A stretch of DNA of 64,000 nt, taken from the NCBI GenBank assembly GCA_964016885.1, contig OZ024743.1:117862001-117926000 (forward strand). The letters are read 5' to 3'. Source of the stretch: Eledone cirrhosa. Taxonomy: Eukaryota. Position numbers and translations under genes: made by a program. Positions 15,135 to 27,095 of this stretch are shown here, one piece after another. The notes beneath the pieces are model-generated. The model did not search any database and was not told the DNA's origin. It was given only the letters and a program-made list of their open reading frames with translations. How positions within the stretch are numbered: position 1 is the stretch's first letter; each line of letters begins with the position of its first letter.

Positions 15135-16749
15135 GGCGACCTACGTAGGAAATCGTATCATCGTGAATTCCGCAGAGGTTTGTTGTTTTCGTTTGTTTAA
15201 AATTGCCATTTATGTAAAATTTTTGTTATTAACTATTTATAAGGTCACAAAATTTGCTTTTGGAAAAGAACACTCAAAAAGATTGGGGCCTTGAGCCCAA
15301 AATTTAAACTTTTATAATTATCAAATAAAAAAATTTCTTTGAAAAATCATGGACGATTGCAGGTGTTGAAGCCGCCACCCCACCACCACCACAGCGACAA
15401 CAGAAACAAAAGAAAAAAATAAATTATCTCGTGACATCGAAATGGATTCACCCAGAATGGATTCTTCCACACCGAACGCCACTGACGCCACCACCACCAC
15501 CACAACTGAAACTAAAAATAACAATAACAAAAATAACGATAACAACAACAATGAGAATAAGAAAACCAGCGTGTCTTTTGCCGGAGCAGCAAAAGAGTGC
15601 GAAAAAATCCAGGTAACTCAGGAGGAATTAGATGAAGCCAAGAGAATAGTAAAGAAAGATGGGTACAGGGTCAGCCCCCCCCCCCCCCCCACACACACAC
15701 CTAATAAAATGGAGCATCGGCGCCTATGCACCGTGTCTTATCGGACGTTAAACATAAAATCGCGCCGAGTGGAACGGGCATCCAGTCCCAAATCCAAAAA
15801 GCTTTCGGAAATGTGTGGGCAAAAAAACCCACATCCGACGTGGGCAGAAATATGGAACCGTGGACGTGTTCTTTGGAACACCACAGGAGGCCAGAGAACA
15901 TTCTATGGCCCCATTAAGAAGTGACGACTTCACACTCGTCCGAAGCTACTGTGGCCAGAGACTTGTGAAGATCAGGGTCAGCACGTTCCACCGGCCATCG
16001 AAATTCCCTGGCTAATGGCTGCCTTCCTCGCCGGCATCGAGGCCAAAACCAAGATAATCGAAATAGCAAAATAAAAGCTGGAGAACTGGTCCCGATCTGG
16101 GATGGAGCTCCTGATCCAAGCAGAACAAAAAAGCATTGAGGAGATGCCAGAGGTAATAGACCTCACTGGCTGAAGCCACCTCACCGTAATCACCAGCAGC
16201 AGAGATGGAAGCAACAACTGTAGCAGCAACAACAGAAGCAACTGGAACAGCAACAACTCCGGCAAGAGTAGCAAAACCAACACCACCACCACCCAACGCG
16301 CCAGAACTAGCACCAGCGCCTACAGCATCCAGCAAGCCACAACCAAAACCAACGCCTGTGGAGGATTTTCCACTCCCCGACCTATCGCAACTGGAAAGAA
16401 ATTGTAACGACGAGGAGTGGGAAACGGTATCAGGAAAAAAGAAAAAAAGAAAATGAAGCCAAAAAAGAAAAAAATCCTCTTCCTTCCCCCTCCAAAAATA
16501 AAATACAGAGGGAAACAAATAAACTATCAAACAAAAAAGGTAGGACAGCTATGCCACCATCCACACCAGCATCACCGACCCCATCACCACAAACACCAAC
16601 ACCATCACTATCATTAACCCCAACACCACCATCACCAACACCACAAAAGTCACCAAAAAGCGAAACAGAAACAAACCCACAACAAACGCAAACAAAACAA
16701 AACAACCAAAACGATACACAATACACAGCATTACATTTGAACAACAACC

Positions 16750-16854
16750 GTAAGGATGAGAGGTTGACTTTGCCTTTCATCCTTACGGGGTCGATAAAAC
16801 AAAGTACCAGTAATGCACTGGGTAATTGCTGGCCTTGTGCCTAAAGTAGAAACA
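16750..16854 (+). mobile_element. 5'-truncated SINE inserted in ORF1 of copy B1, 20-bp TSD
   Basis: TSD attacatttgaacaacaacc at 16730-16749 and 16855-16874. Body matches the 3' half of the SINE at 47335-47530. The empty site is visible in copy B2 near 63328. Confidence 0.85.
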
Positions 16855-17171
16855 ATTACATTTGAACAACAACCAATTATTACACTGCATCCAACACAAC
16901 ACCAGCATCACAGAAAAAGACTACACAACAACCCAAAAGTTTACACCACCTCAGTACATACAAATCACTCGCATCACACAGAAAACGTACTCGACACTAA
17001 AACAAAAATTCCCCAAAGACATCGGAGACTTCCGACAAGCACTCTCCAGGAGGATTTATAAAGCCATTGTTCCGGAGGAGGCCACAAGCAGTGAGAAGGA
17101 TGGATAAACCATCCTTCCTCTACGAGAAGTAAGGTAACTGGTCTTTCCCATCTTTTCCACTCCTTTTAAAC

Positions 17172-20100
17172 ATGACCTCACTCAGAATAGGCAGCATAAA
17201 TGCGCGTGGCTTGCGGTCGTCATGGAAGCAGAGCGACCTGCTCAACGACCTCAGGTCACTAAACATATATGTAGTGGCCATCAGCGAGACCAGAATCTCC
17301 GAAGCACGGGCCTTCACACCGATCTTCGGCGGCTACGATCTGTACGCATCTTCCAGCCGTCCGGGATCGGGGGGGGGGGTGCTATACTTTTTTGGAGAGG
17401 TTTGGATCTCGCCATACTGGCCATCTTCCTGGAACCAGAAGGTAAGTTGGTGGTGCTGGGCGGGCCCAGCAGAGACGGGCAGGCTTTCAGGCTAGTGGCC
17501 GTCTATGCCCAGACAGGAGCAGGGCGGCCTGATTTCTTCCGGCGTCTGGAGACCTTTCTTGGAACGTCCCGCTCTTTACTGTTAGTGGACGACAGGAACG
17601 GGATCTTAGATGCACGCTGGGATTGTGTGGGATTAGCGGATAGGAGAGGAGGGTGAAAGAGCCTCACCAACCTTCTCAGGCGTTTCGAACTGTCTGACAG
17701 GTATCGATTGGATTTCCCGAATGTGCCAATGTGGACTTGGACAAACCGCATAGGGTCATCCAGATCATATCTAGATAGAGTATTTTGTAAGGAAATAGAT
17801 AAGTATAGCATAGGCTGTCCACAATTCAAGATAGTCAGCTGCACGGAACAAATGCATCCTTACCAGCACGCAAGGCCTACAGAGACCGGATTAGCGAACT
17901 AGTTAAGCGGGCGTTGACGGGGGCCATCGTCAACAACAAGTCGTGGTTTGCTCTGAAAAGAGCGATTAGAATAGAGTCCATTAGGTTTAGTAAGGCTTTA
18001 GCAATAGAGAAAAATAGAGCAGAAGGAGAACTAGTTAGAAAATTAGACGAGGCGCTTAGCAAAGTTTTTGCAGCCGACGTACTAGCGGCGAAATTGGCCC
18101 TTGACCAATTCTTCGAAGCTAAGCACGAAGGCTGCGTTGTCAGAGCTAGAGTGCGTGCTCTCAGACACGAGGGGACGTAGCCGATCAATGGGCCCGAGTG
18201 GCGGAGGCGCGTCGTGGAAACAAAGCCACGATCCGGTCTTTGGTGGATCACGACGGGTGCATGCTACTCGATCCCGGGAAAATGTGTGAAGCTTTTCAGC
18301 GACACTTCGCTCATCTGTTCGGGGGCAGCGGCGGGCCGGATCGAGGGATGGACTTTAGTGTCTACCTCGACGGACTGCCGCGGCTCTCGGCCACTGAGGC
18401 AGAGTGTTGCTAAAAGCCGATAACAGCCGCTGAAGTACGGGAGGCAATGACTGGCTGCACAAGGGTAAATCGCCTCGTTGGATGGTCTGCCCTATGAACT
18501 TTACGTACAAATGCCAGACTTGTTCGGAGGCCTCTTGGCGGACGTCTACTGAAACTGGCAACAGAACGGGACGATTCCAAGCTCTGTGAGCCGAGGAGCA
18601 GTGGCGCTGCTGAGAAAGGATCCGAACAAGTGGTGTTACATAGATAATTTCAGACCCATAACTCTGCTAAACACAGAGTTCAAGATTTTGCCCAAAGGTG
18701 CTAGCAAAGAGGTTGGCGCTTGTCGTTGGTGGTCTGGTGGGAGAGGCGCAGACGTGCGCCATTCCCGACAGATCCATCCACGACAACCTCCACCTCATGC
18801 GATAGATCGTAGAGAGGGAAGCTAGGGAAAGTGGCACGGGTGGATCAGTGATCGATTTATATCTGTCGAAACTTTCGATAGGTTCGACCATCGTTACCTA
18901 GCCGCAATCCTGAGGGCGGCTGGCTTTGAGCCCGTATTCAGAGGCTGGACCGCTGCCATGCACAGCGACGTCTGCACTGTGGTGAGATTGAACGGTCACC
19001 TTTCGGAACCGTTCAATATCATGCGCTCGGGCCTCCAAAGATGTCCCCTCTCGTCCCTCTTGTACGTATTGACTCTCGAGCCATTACTGCACAAACTGGA
19101 GACGTTGAGGTGTGTCCCGCGCGAACTAGGATGCGGAAGATCCGTGTCAGCATATGAGGACGACGTCACCGTAGTGGTGTCGAACGCCAAACACATCGAG
19201 GCGATCGGCACTACACTAAGAGCATACGAAGCGGTGACAGGAGCAATGATCAACCAGGAAAAGTCACTGGGCCTGCAGCTAGGCACCTGGAGAGGCATGT
19301 CCATGCCGTCCAACAGCGTCGTCGGGCGCTGGACGGACGGACCGGTTAAATTGCTAGAGGTCTGGTTCGGTCCGGACCTCCAGACGGACAAAAACTGAGA
19401 CGAGTTGACGAGCAGGGTGGCTTCTCTCACCCAGAAATGGGCGGAGAGGAAGCTATGCCTGAAATGTCGAGCGGAGGTGGCTAATGCGTACATCGCGTCC
19501 GTCATCTACTACCGCCTGACCGTCGTACCCTGTCCTAAGCACCACCTGACTGCGCAGGAGCGTTTGCTCTTTCGCTTTTTGTGGAAGGGACGCGCTCCGA
19601 TGGTCACGCGGTCCATCTGCTGTCAACACCCGCTACGTGGAGGGCTGGGAATGCCGTGGCTGATGATGCGCAGACACGCGCTCAGGCTACGACATCTCCA
19701 CCTCTTCCTCGACGGTGATCAGGTGTGGTCGCTGTTTGCTAGACACGTATTTCCCTAGCTCGTTTCCTTGACGGAGCTGCAGTCCTGGGTCAAGCGAAGA
19801 CAGAGAGGGAGCCCCTGGAGACTGGAATGTCTTCAGGCGCTCACAGCACTCGACCAATCGGGCAATGTGATCGGTGGAAACTCCACCTCGGCGTTCTATA
19901 GAGGATTAGTGGAGGGGAAGAGCGACGACGTACTTGGAGAAACTCTAGGCGTCGACGAAAATCAAATAGCCAATCTCTTCCGAAGAACTTTCGGGCCGGG
20001 ACCTATGGACAACTTCCAGAAATCTCTGGCCTGACAGTGCTACCGAGGAGCCTTGCCAGTTCGGGATAAACTCTACAGGCATGGAGGTGCCGTCAAGCGG

Positions 20101-20519
20101 GCATGTCCGAGATGCGCGCAGGCGACGAAACCATCCTGCACGCTCTCGTCCAGTGTCCGAAAATTGCTGACTTGTGGGTTTATGTCGAACACCTGCTGTC
20201 ACGTGTGGGACGGATCCGGCTATCATCTGAGTCCATCGTGAGTATTGCCCCGCCCTCTTCCTTTATCCGGGAAGGGCAGGCAGTTTTTATCTGTCTGGTG
20301 GCCATGGCGAAAGAGATAGTATGGTGGACACGTTTGAAAGGGCTGAAGTCGAGCACTTACCTCTTCGGTGATGCTCTGATTGACTTTTTCAAATTTCATT
20401 TGAAAAGGAAAATCAGAGTAGAGAGGGAAGTACTCTCTTCGCAGCATTTTGTTGAAAGATGGGTGAGAGAAGCAAGAATGGCCCTAGTGAATGGGCCTAC
20501 TCTGAGTATATATCTGTAA
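17172..20519 (+). pseudogene. Disrupted ORF2 (APE endonuclease-RT-CCHC) of copy B1
   Basis: Fragments colinear with the intact 1139-aa ORF2; multiple stops and frameshifts, YADD changed to YEDD. Confidence 0.9.
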
Positions 20520-20802
20520 ATTAAAGTTGGAAAACATGGAGAGGGCACCTGCCTTGGTGGTCAGGGTCACTGTGGCCTTTTACTGGGCTTTCTCCACAAA
20601 TGTCCCTCCGAAGTCTCCCCCCTATTGGGGAATTTTTCATTGTTATTTTTTTTTACATCCTCTGTTTTTGTTTTTTACACGCAGAAATGCCCATTTGTAC
20701 CGTCCTGTATTGTCCTGCACTGTCCTTAATGTCTACTTTATGTAAACCCTTGTGGTTAATAAAGAAATCATTATTATTATTTTTATTATTATTATTATTA
20801 TT

Positions 20803-23800
20803 GAATGCTATGGTTGACGGAGGCTCGGCTCTGTAAGTTATTGTAAATTTTGAACGCTATAACAATTGTAAATTGTTTAAAACTTTACCAACTTGTAGAC
20901 AAAAACACCCTCCTCCTCGTGAGAGAGGTCTTTCTGCCCGTTATTTGGCCCATCGGGGTTAAATAACTGCTTATTGAGGTTTTGTGCCCAATATTTATTT
21001 TAAACAAAAGAAAACAACATGGCTACGAAAAAGAATTTTCATAGGTCACTCCCACTCATTCCGTCTTCTTCTTCCTCAATCGTCACTACAGCAGAGAGAA
21101 GATTGTCTCTCTCCCTCCCTTCTTTAAATGTGTCTCTCTCCCTCCCTTCTCTTTCGCAAGCGACGACAGAAAAGAAAAGTCTCATGCAAAGCGTGCAAGA
21201 TTTCTCCACGACGACGACGACAACGACGACGAAACAGGTGTGCGGGAAATACGAAAACCCATTTCATTCGTCTGACGTCATGAATAATAGCAGTAGCAGC
21301 CGTAATAACAACAGCAACAGTGACAATGAAAACAACAGTAGCAGCCGCAACAGCATCAGCAGCAGCATAAACAACAACAGCATTAGCAGCAGCAACAACA
21401 ACAACAACCACAGCAACAGTGGGGGCGGCAGTAGTCGTAGTACCTGCAGCAACAACAAAAGTAACAGCAGCTCTGACGACAACAACAACAACAACAGCAG
21501 CAAAGAAAAACCAATCTCGTTTGCAGGTATCGCGAAGAACCTGGAAACAATCCTCATAACAAATGAGGAATTAGAGGAAGCGAAGAAGAGGGTGACAAAA
21601 ATTGGACACCGAGCAATCTCCAAGGCAGCTGAAACATTTTTCGAAACCCAAGAGCACTGTACGGTCACGTACCGTACAGTAAGTACAAAATCCCGTAGGG
21701 TTGAAAGAGCCACAGAGGCTCAAATACAAAAAGCCTTGGGATCTGTGTGGTAGCGGAAAACGCACATCACCCGAGGCAAAAAATATGCCACCGTAGACGT
21801 ACTTTTTGCCACACCCCAGGAGGCAAAGGCTCAATCCGTAGTGACCCTAAGGAGCGAGAAAATGGTGTTGGTGCCCTCCTACTGCGGGCAAATAATTGTG
21901 AGGGTCAAACTGACCCACGTCCCCCCCCCACCACCACCACCCCCGGATGGCCCCTTCTTGGCTGACCGCGTCTGTCCTCGTCGGAATCGAGGACAAAACA
22001 ACTGTACTGCAAGTACAGACAAAAGTAAGAGAGGATTGGGTCGGCACCTCCATTGAGATGCTAATCCAAACCAACCAGGAGTGCATCGAAGCTATCCCGG
22101 ATGTGATAGACTTCGATAACGGCACTCAACTGCCCATAAGTGTTGAGGGCAAACGCCCGAAATGCTTTCGCTGTGGATCGAAGACTCACCTCAGGGCCTT
22201 CTGCAACGAGAAGACCCTGAGAAAGGAGAAAACCCCCTCCTTCCGAAACCGGCTCCACGGCTACCAGCAACATGATAGGCGGCAAGCAGGAACGATAGGT
22301 CCGTGGCACCCATACCCACGCCACGGAAATCAAAGACAGCAGCAGCAGTGGAAGTATTAACAACAACAACAACAGCAATACCAAATGCAGCTGCAACAGA
22401 GACTCCAGTGCAAACATCACCAACAACAACAAGTGAAAGAGTGGAGCTGGTACCCCTCCCCGACCTCACAGAATCAGACATGGAGTGTGAGGTGGGAGAG
22501 GGATGGCAAAAGGTCGTAAGAAGGCACAAACGCAGAAGCAGCGCATCGTCGCCTTTGAAAGGGGAGGAAAGAAATGAATAAAGGGTAAAGTCTACTGCAA
22601 AGAGACTCACAGCAGCAACACCACCAACACCATCACCACCCACACTAGCACCACCATCACCACCGGCGACAACCCCACCGCCAACAACAACAACACCTTG
22701 AACACCACCACCACAAGCACCAACATCGCAAACACAACAACAAAACACACACACCCAGCAAAAACGACAAGAAAATAGCAGAACCACACCCCACCCCCAG
22801 AAAAAGAAATGCACGTCAATAAATACACACAACAAGAAACTAATGACTTACATAATTGAACACACAGACATTTCACAACACGACTACATAATACCAGCAC
22901 CAATCAAAACGCCAACTAACATAAGACTGATAAAAATAGCACAGAAACAATACACAAACATTAAAACGTAATTCCCCAACGCAGTGGGTGATTTCAGAGA
23001 CCTAGGAGGAACTATCAATCGAAGAGTATATTCGGACATACTCATAGAAAAGCCGATGACCAGCCGAAAGGACGATTCAACGGTCCCTTCACCGACGATC
23101 AAGTGAAAAGGGATGTAAAAACCATCCCTCCTCTACGAAAAGTACGGTAAGTGGTCTTTCCCATCTTTTCCACTCTATTTTAAACATGACCTCACTCAGA
23201 ATAGGCAGCATAAATGCGCGTGGCTTGGGGTCGTCATTGAAGCAGGGTCACCTGCTCAACGACCTCAGGTCACTAAACATAGATGTAGTGGCCATCAGCG
23301 AGACCAGAATCTCCGAAGCACGGGCCTTCGCACCGATCTTCGGCGGCTACAATGTGTACGCATCTCCCAGCCGTCCTGGATCGGGGGGAGGAGTTGCTGT
23401 GCTTTTTCGGAGAGGTTTGGATCTCGCCATACGGGCCATCTTCCTGGACCCAGAGGGTAAGTTGGTGGTGCTGGACGTGGCCAGCGGAGACGGGCAAGCT
23501 TTCAGGCTAGTGGCTGTTTATGCCCCGACAGGAGCAGGGCGGCCTGATTTCTTCCGGCGTCTGGAGACCTTTCTTGCAACGTCCCGCTCTTTAGTGTTAG
23601 TGGGCGAATGGAACGGGATATTCGATGCCCGCTGGGACTGTGTGGGATTAGCGGATAGGGGTGGGGTGTGCAAGAGCCTCACCAACCTGTCAGGCGTTTT
23701 GAACTGTCTGACAGGTACGGATTGGATTTCCCGAATGTGCCAATGTGGACTTGGACAAATCGCATGGGGTCATCCAGATCATATCTAGATAGAGTATTTT

Positions 23801-26800
23801 GTAGGGAAATAGATAGGTCTAGCATAGGCTGTCCACAATTCAAGATAGTCAGCTACACGGACCACAAATTCGTGATCTGTGTGCTTGACTTAAATAGGCT
23901 TCATAGAGGAGGACCCGGCTACTGGAAGCTAAACGCGTCCTTACCAGCACGCAAGGCCTACAGAGACCGGATTAGCGAACTAGTTAAGCGGGCGTTGACG
24001 GGGTCCATCGTCAACAAGAAGTGGTGGTTTGCTCTGAAAAGAGCGATTAGAATAGAATCCATTAGGTTTAGTAAGGCTTTAGCAATAGAGAAAAATAGAG
24101 TAGAGGGAGAACTAGTTAGAAAATTAGGCGAGGCGATTAGCAAAGGCAATGCGACCGACGTGTTTGCGGCGAAATTGGCCCTTGACCAATTCTTCAATGC
24201 AAAGCACGAAGGCTGAGTTGTCAGAGAAAGGGTGCGTGCTCTCAGACACGAGGGGACGAAAGCCGTTCAATAGGCCCGAGTGGCGGAGGCGCGTCGTGGC
24301 AACAAAGCCACGATCCGGTCTTTGGTGGACCACGACGGGTGCATGCTACTCGATCCCGGGCAAATGTGTGAAGCTTTTCAGCGACACTTCGCTCAGCTGT
24401 TCGGGGGCAGCGGTGGGCCGGGTCGAGGGATGAACTCTAGTGTCTACCTCGACGGACTGCCGCGGCTCTCGGCCACTGAGGCGAAGTGTTGCGAAAAGCC
24501 GATAACAGCCGCTGAAGTAAGGGAGGCAATGACTGGCTGCACAAGGGGTAAATCGCCTGATTTGGATGGTCTGCCCTATGAACTTTACGTACAGATGCCA
24601 GACTTGTTAGGAGGCCTCTTGGCGGATGTCTACTGCAACTGCCAACAGAATGGGAGAATTCCCAGTTCTGTGAGCCGAGGAGCGGTGGCACTGCTGAGAA
24701 AGGATCCGAACAAGGGGGATAACATAGATAATTTCCGGCCCATAACTCTGCTAAACACAGAGTTTAAGATGTTGCCCAAGGTGCTAGCAAAGAGGTTGGC
24801 GTTTGTCGTTGGTGGTCTGGTGGGAGAGGCGCAGACGTGCGCCATTCCCGACAGATCCATCCACGACAACCTCCCCCTTATGCGATACATCGTAGAGAGG
24901 GTAGCTAGGGAACCTGGAACGGGTGGGTCTTTGATCAATTTAGATCAGTCGAAATCTTTCGATAGGGTCGACCATCGTTACCTAGCGGCAGTCCTGAGGG
25001 CGGCTGGCTTTGGGCCCGTCTTCAGAGGCTGGAACGCTACCATGCACAGCGACATCTGCTCTGTCGTGAGAGTGAACGGTCACCTGTCGGAACCGTTCAA
25101 CATCATGCGCTCGGTCCGCCAAGGATGTCCCCTCTCGTCCCTCTTGTACGTATTGACTCTCGAGCCATTACTGCACAAACTGGAGACGTTGAGGGGCATG
25201 CCGCGCGAACTAGCATGCGGAAGATCCGTGTCAGCATATGCGGACGATGTCACCGTAGTGGTGTCGAACGCCAAACACTACGAGGCGATCGGCACTACAC
25301 TAAGAGAATACGAAACGGTGACAGGAGCAATGATCAACCAGGAAAAGTCAGTGGGCCTGCAGCTCAGCACCTGGAGAGGCAGGTCCATGCCGTCCAACAG
25401 CCTCGTCGGACGCACGACGGACGGACCGGTTAAATTGCTAGGGGTCTGGTACTGTCCGGACCTCCAGACGGACACAAACTGGGACGAGGTGACGAGCAGG
25501 GTGGCTTCTCTCACCCAGAAATGGGCGGAGAGGAAGCTATCCCTGAAAGGTCGAGCGGAGGTGGCTAACGCGTACATCGCGTCTGTCATCTGCTACCGCC
25601 TGACCGTCGTACCTTGTCCTAAGCCTCGCCTGACTGCGCTGGAGCGTTTGCTCTTTCGCTTTTTGTGGAAGGGACGCGCTCCGATCGTCAGGCGGTCCAT
25701 CTGTTGTCAACACCCGCTACGTGGAGGGCTGGGCATGCCGTGGCTGATGATGCGCAGGCCCGCGCTCAAGCTACGACATCTCTACCTCTTCCTCGACGGT
25801 GATCATGTGTGGTCGCCGTTTGCTAGACACGTATTTCCCTAGCTCGTTTCCTTGACGGAGCTGCAGTCCTGGGTCAAGCGAAGACCGAGAGGGAGCGCCT
25901 GGAGACTGGAATGTCTTCAGGCGCTCACAGCCCTCGACCAATCGGGCAATGTGATCGGTGGAAACTCCACCTCGGCGTTCTATAGAGGATTAGTGGAGGG
26001 GAAGAGCGACGACGTACTTGGGGAAACTCTAGGCGTCGACGAAAATCAACTAGCCAATCTCTTCGGAAGAACTTTCGGGCCAGGGCCTATGGACAACTTC
26101 CAGAAATCTCTGGCCTGGCAGTGCTACCGAGGAGCCTTGCTAGTTCTGGATAAACTCTACAGGCATGGAGGTGCCGTCAGCCGGGCATGTCCGAGATGCG
26201 CGCAGGCGACGAAACCGTCCTGCACGCACTTGTCCAGTGTCCGAAAATTGCTGACTTGTGGGTTTATGTCGAACACCTGCTGTCGCGTGTAGGACGGATC
26301 CAGCTATGATCCGAGTCCATGGTGAGGATTGCCCCGCCCTCCTCCTTTAGCCGGGAAGGGCAGGCAGTTTTTATCTGTCTGGTGGCCATGGCGAAAGAGA
26401 TAGTATGGTGGACACGTTTGAAAGGGCTGAAGACGAGCACTTACCTCTTCGGTGATGCTCTGATTTACTTTTTCAACTTTCATTTGAAAAGGAAAATCGG
26501 AGTAGAGAGGGAAGTGCTCTATTCCCAGCATTTTGTTGAAAGATGGGTGAGAGGAGCAAGAATGGCCCGAGTGAATGGGCCTACTCTGAGTATATATCTG
26601 TAAATTAAAGGTGGAAAACTGGGAGAGGGCACTTGCCTTGGTGGTCAGGGTCATTGTGGCCTTTTACTGGGCTTTCTCCACAAATGTCCCTCCGAAGTCT
26701 CCCCCCTATTGGGGAATTTTTCATTGTTATTTTTTTTTACATCCTCTGTTTTTGTTTTTACACGCAGAAATGCCCATTTGTACCGTCCTGTATTGTCCTG

Positions 26801-26882
26801 CACTGTCCTTAATGTCTACTTTATGTAAACCCTTGTGGTTAATAAAGAAATCATTATTATTATTTTTATTATTATTATTATT
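20803..26882 (+). mobile_element. Tx1-type LINE copy A1, full length, inactivated
   Basis: Starts gaatgctatggttgacggaggctcgg after (ATT)n. ORF1 21019-23150 and ORF2 23186-26603 both broken by stops and frameshifts. Tail 26853-26882. Confidence 0.92.
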
Positions 26883-27095
26883 GAATGCCATGGTTGACGG
26901 AGGCTCGGCTCTGTAAGGTATAGTAATTTTTAACCGTTAAAACAATTGTAAATTGTTTAAAACTTGAACCAAATTGTTGATAAAGACACCCTCCTCCTCG
27001 TGAGAGGGGTCTTTCTGTCCGTTATTTGGCCCTTCGGGGTTAAATAACCAGTTATTGGGGTTTTGTACCCAAAATTTCATTTTAAACAAAAAAAC

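Larger units (their letters stand above)
15135..20802 (+). mobile_element. Tx1-type LINE copy B1, full length but degenerate (type-B 5' module)
   Basis: Starts ggcgacctacgtagg right after (ATT)n, same start as the copy at 61463. Disrupted ORF1 (~15349-17137, zinc knuckle deleted near 16190) and ORF2. Tail 20770-20802. Confidence 0.9.

Noticed and set aside
20520-21018. LTRs flanking the repeated units
   Set aside because: The direct repeats are 3' UTR + tail + next 5' UTR of tandem LINEs; no TG..CA ends, integrase or protease.
26883-27095. HDV-like self-cleaving ribozyme at the LINE 5' ends (as in R2)
   Set aside because: No P1 complement to the first 7 nt and no nested double pseudoknot could be found in modules A, B or C by eye.
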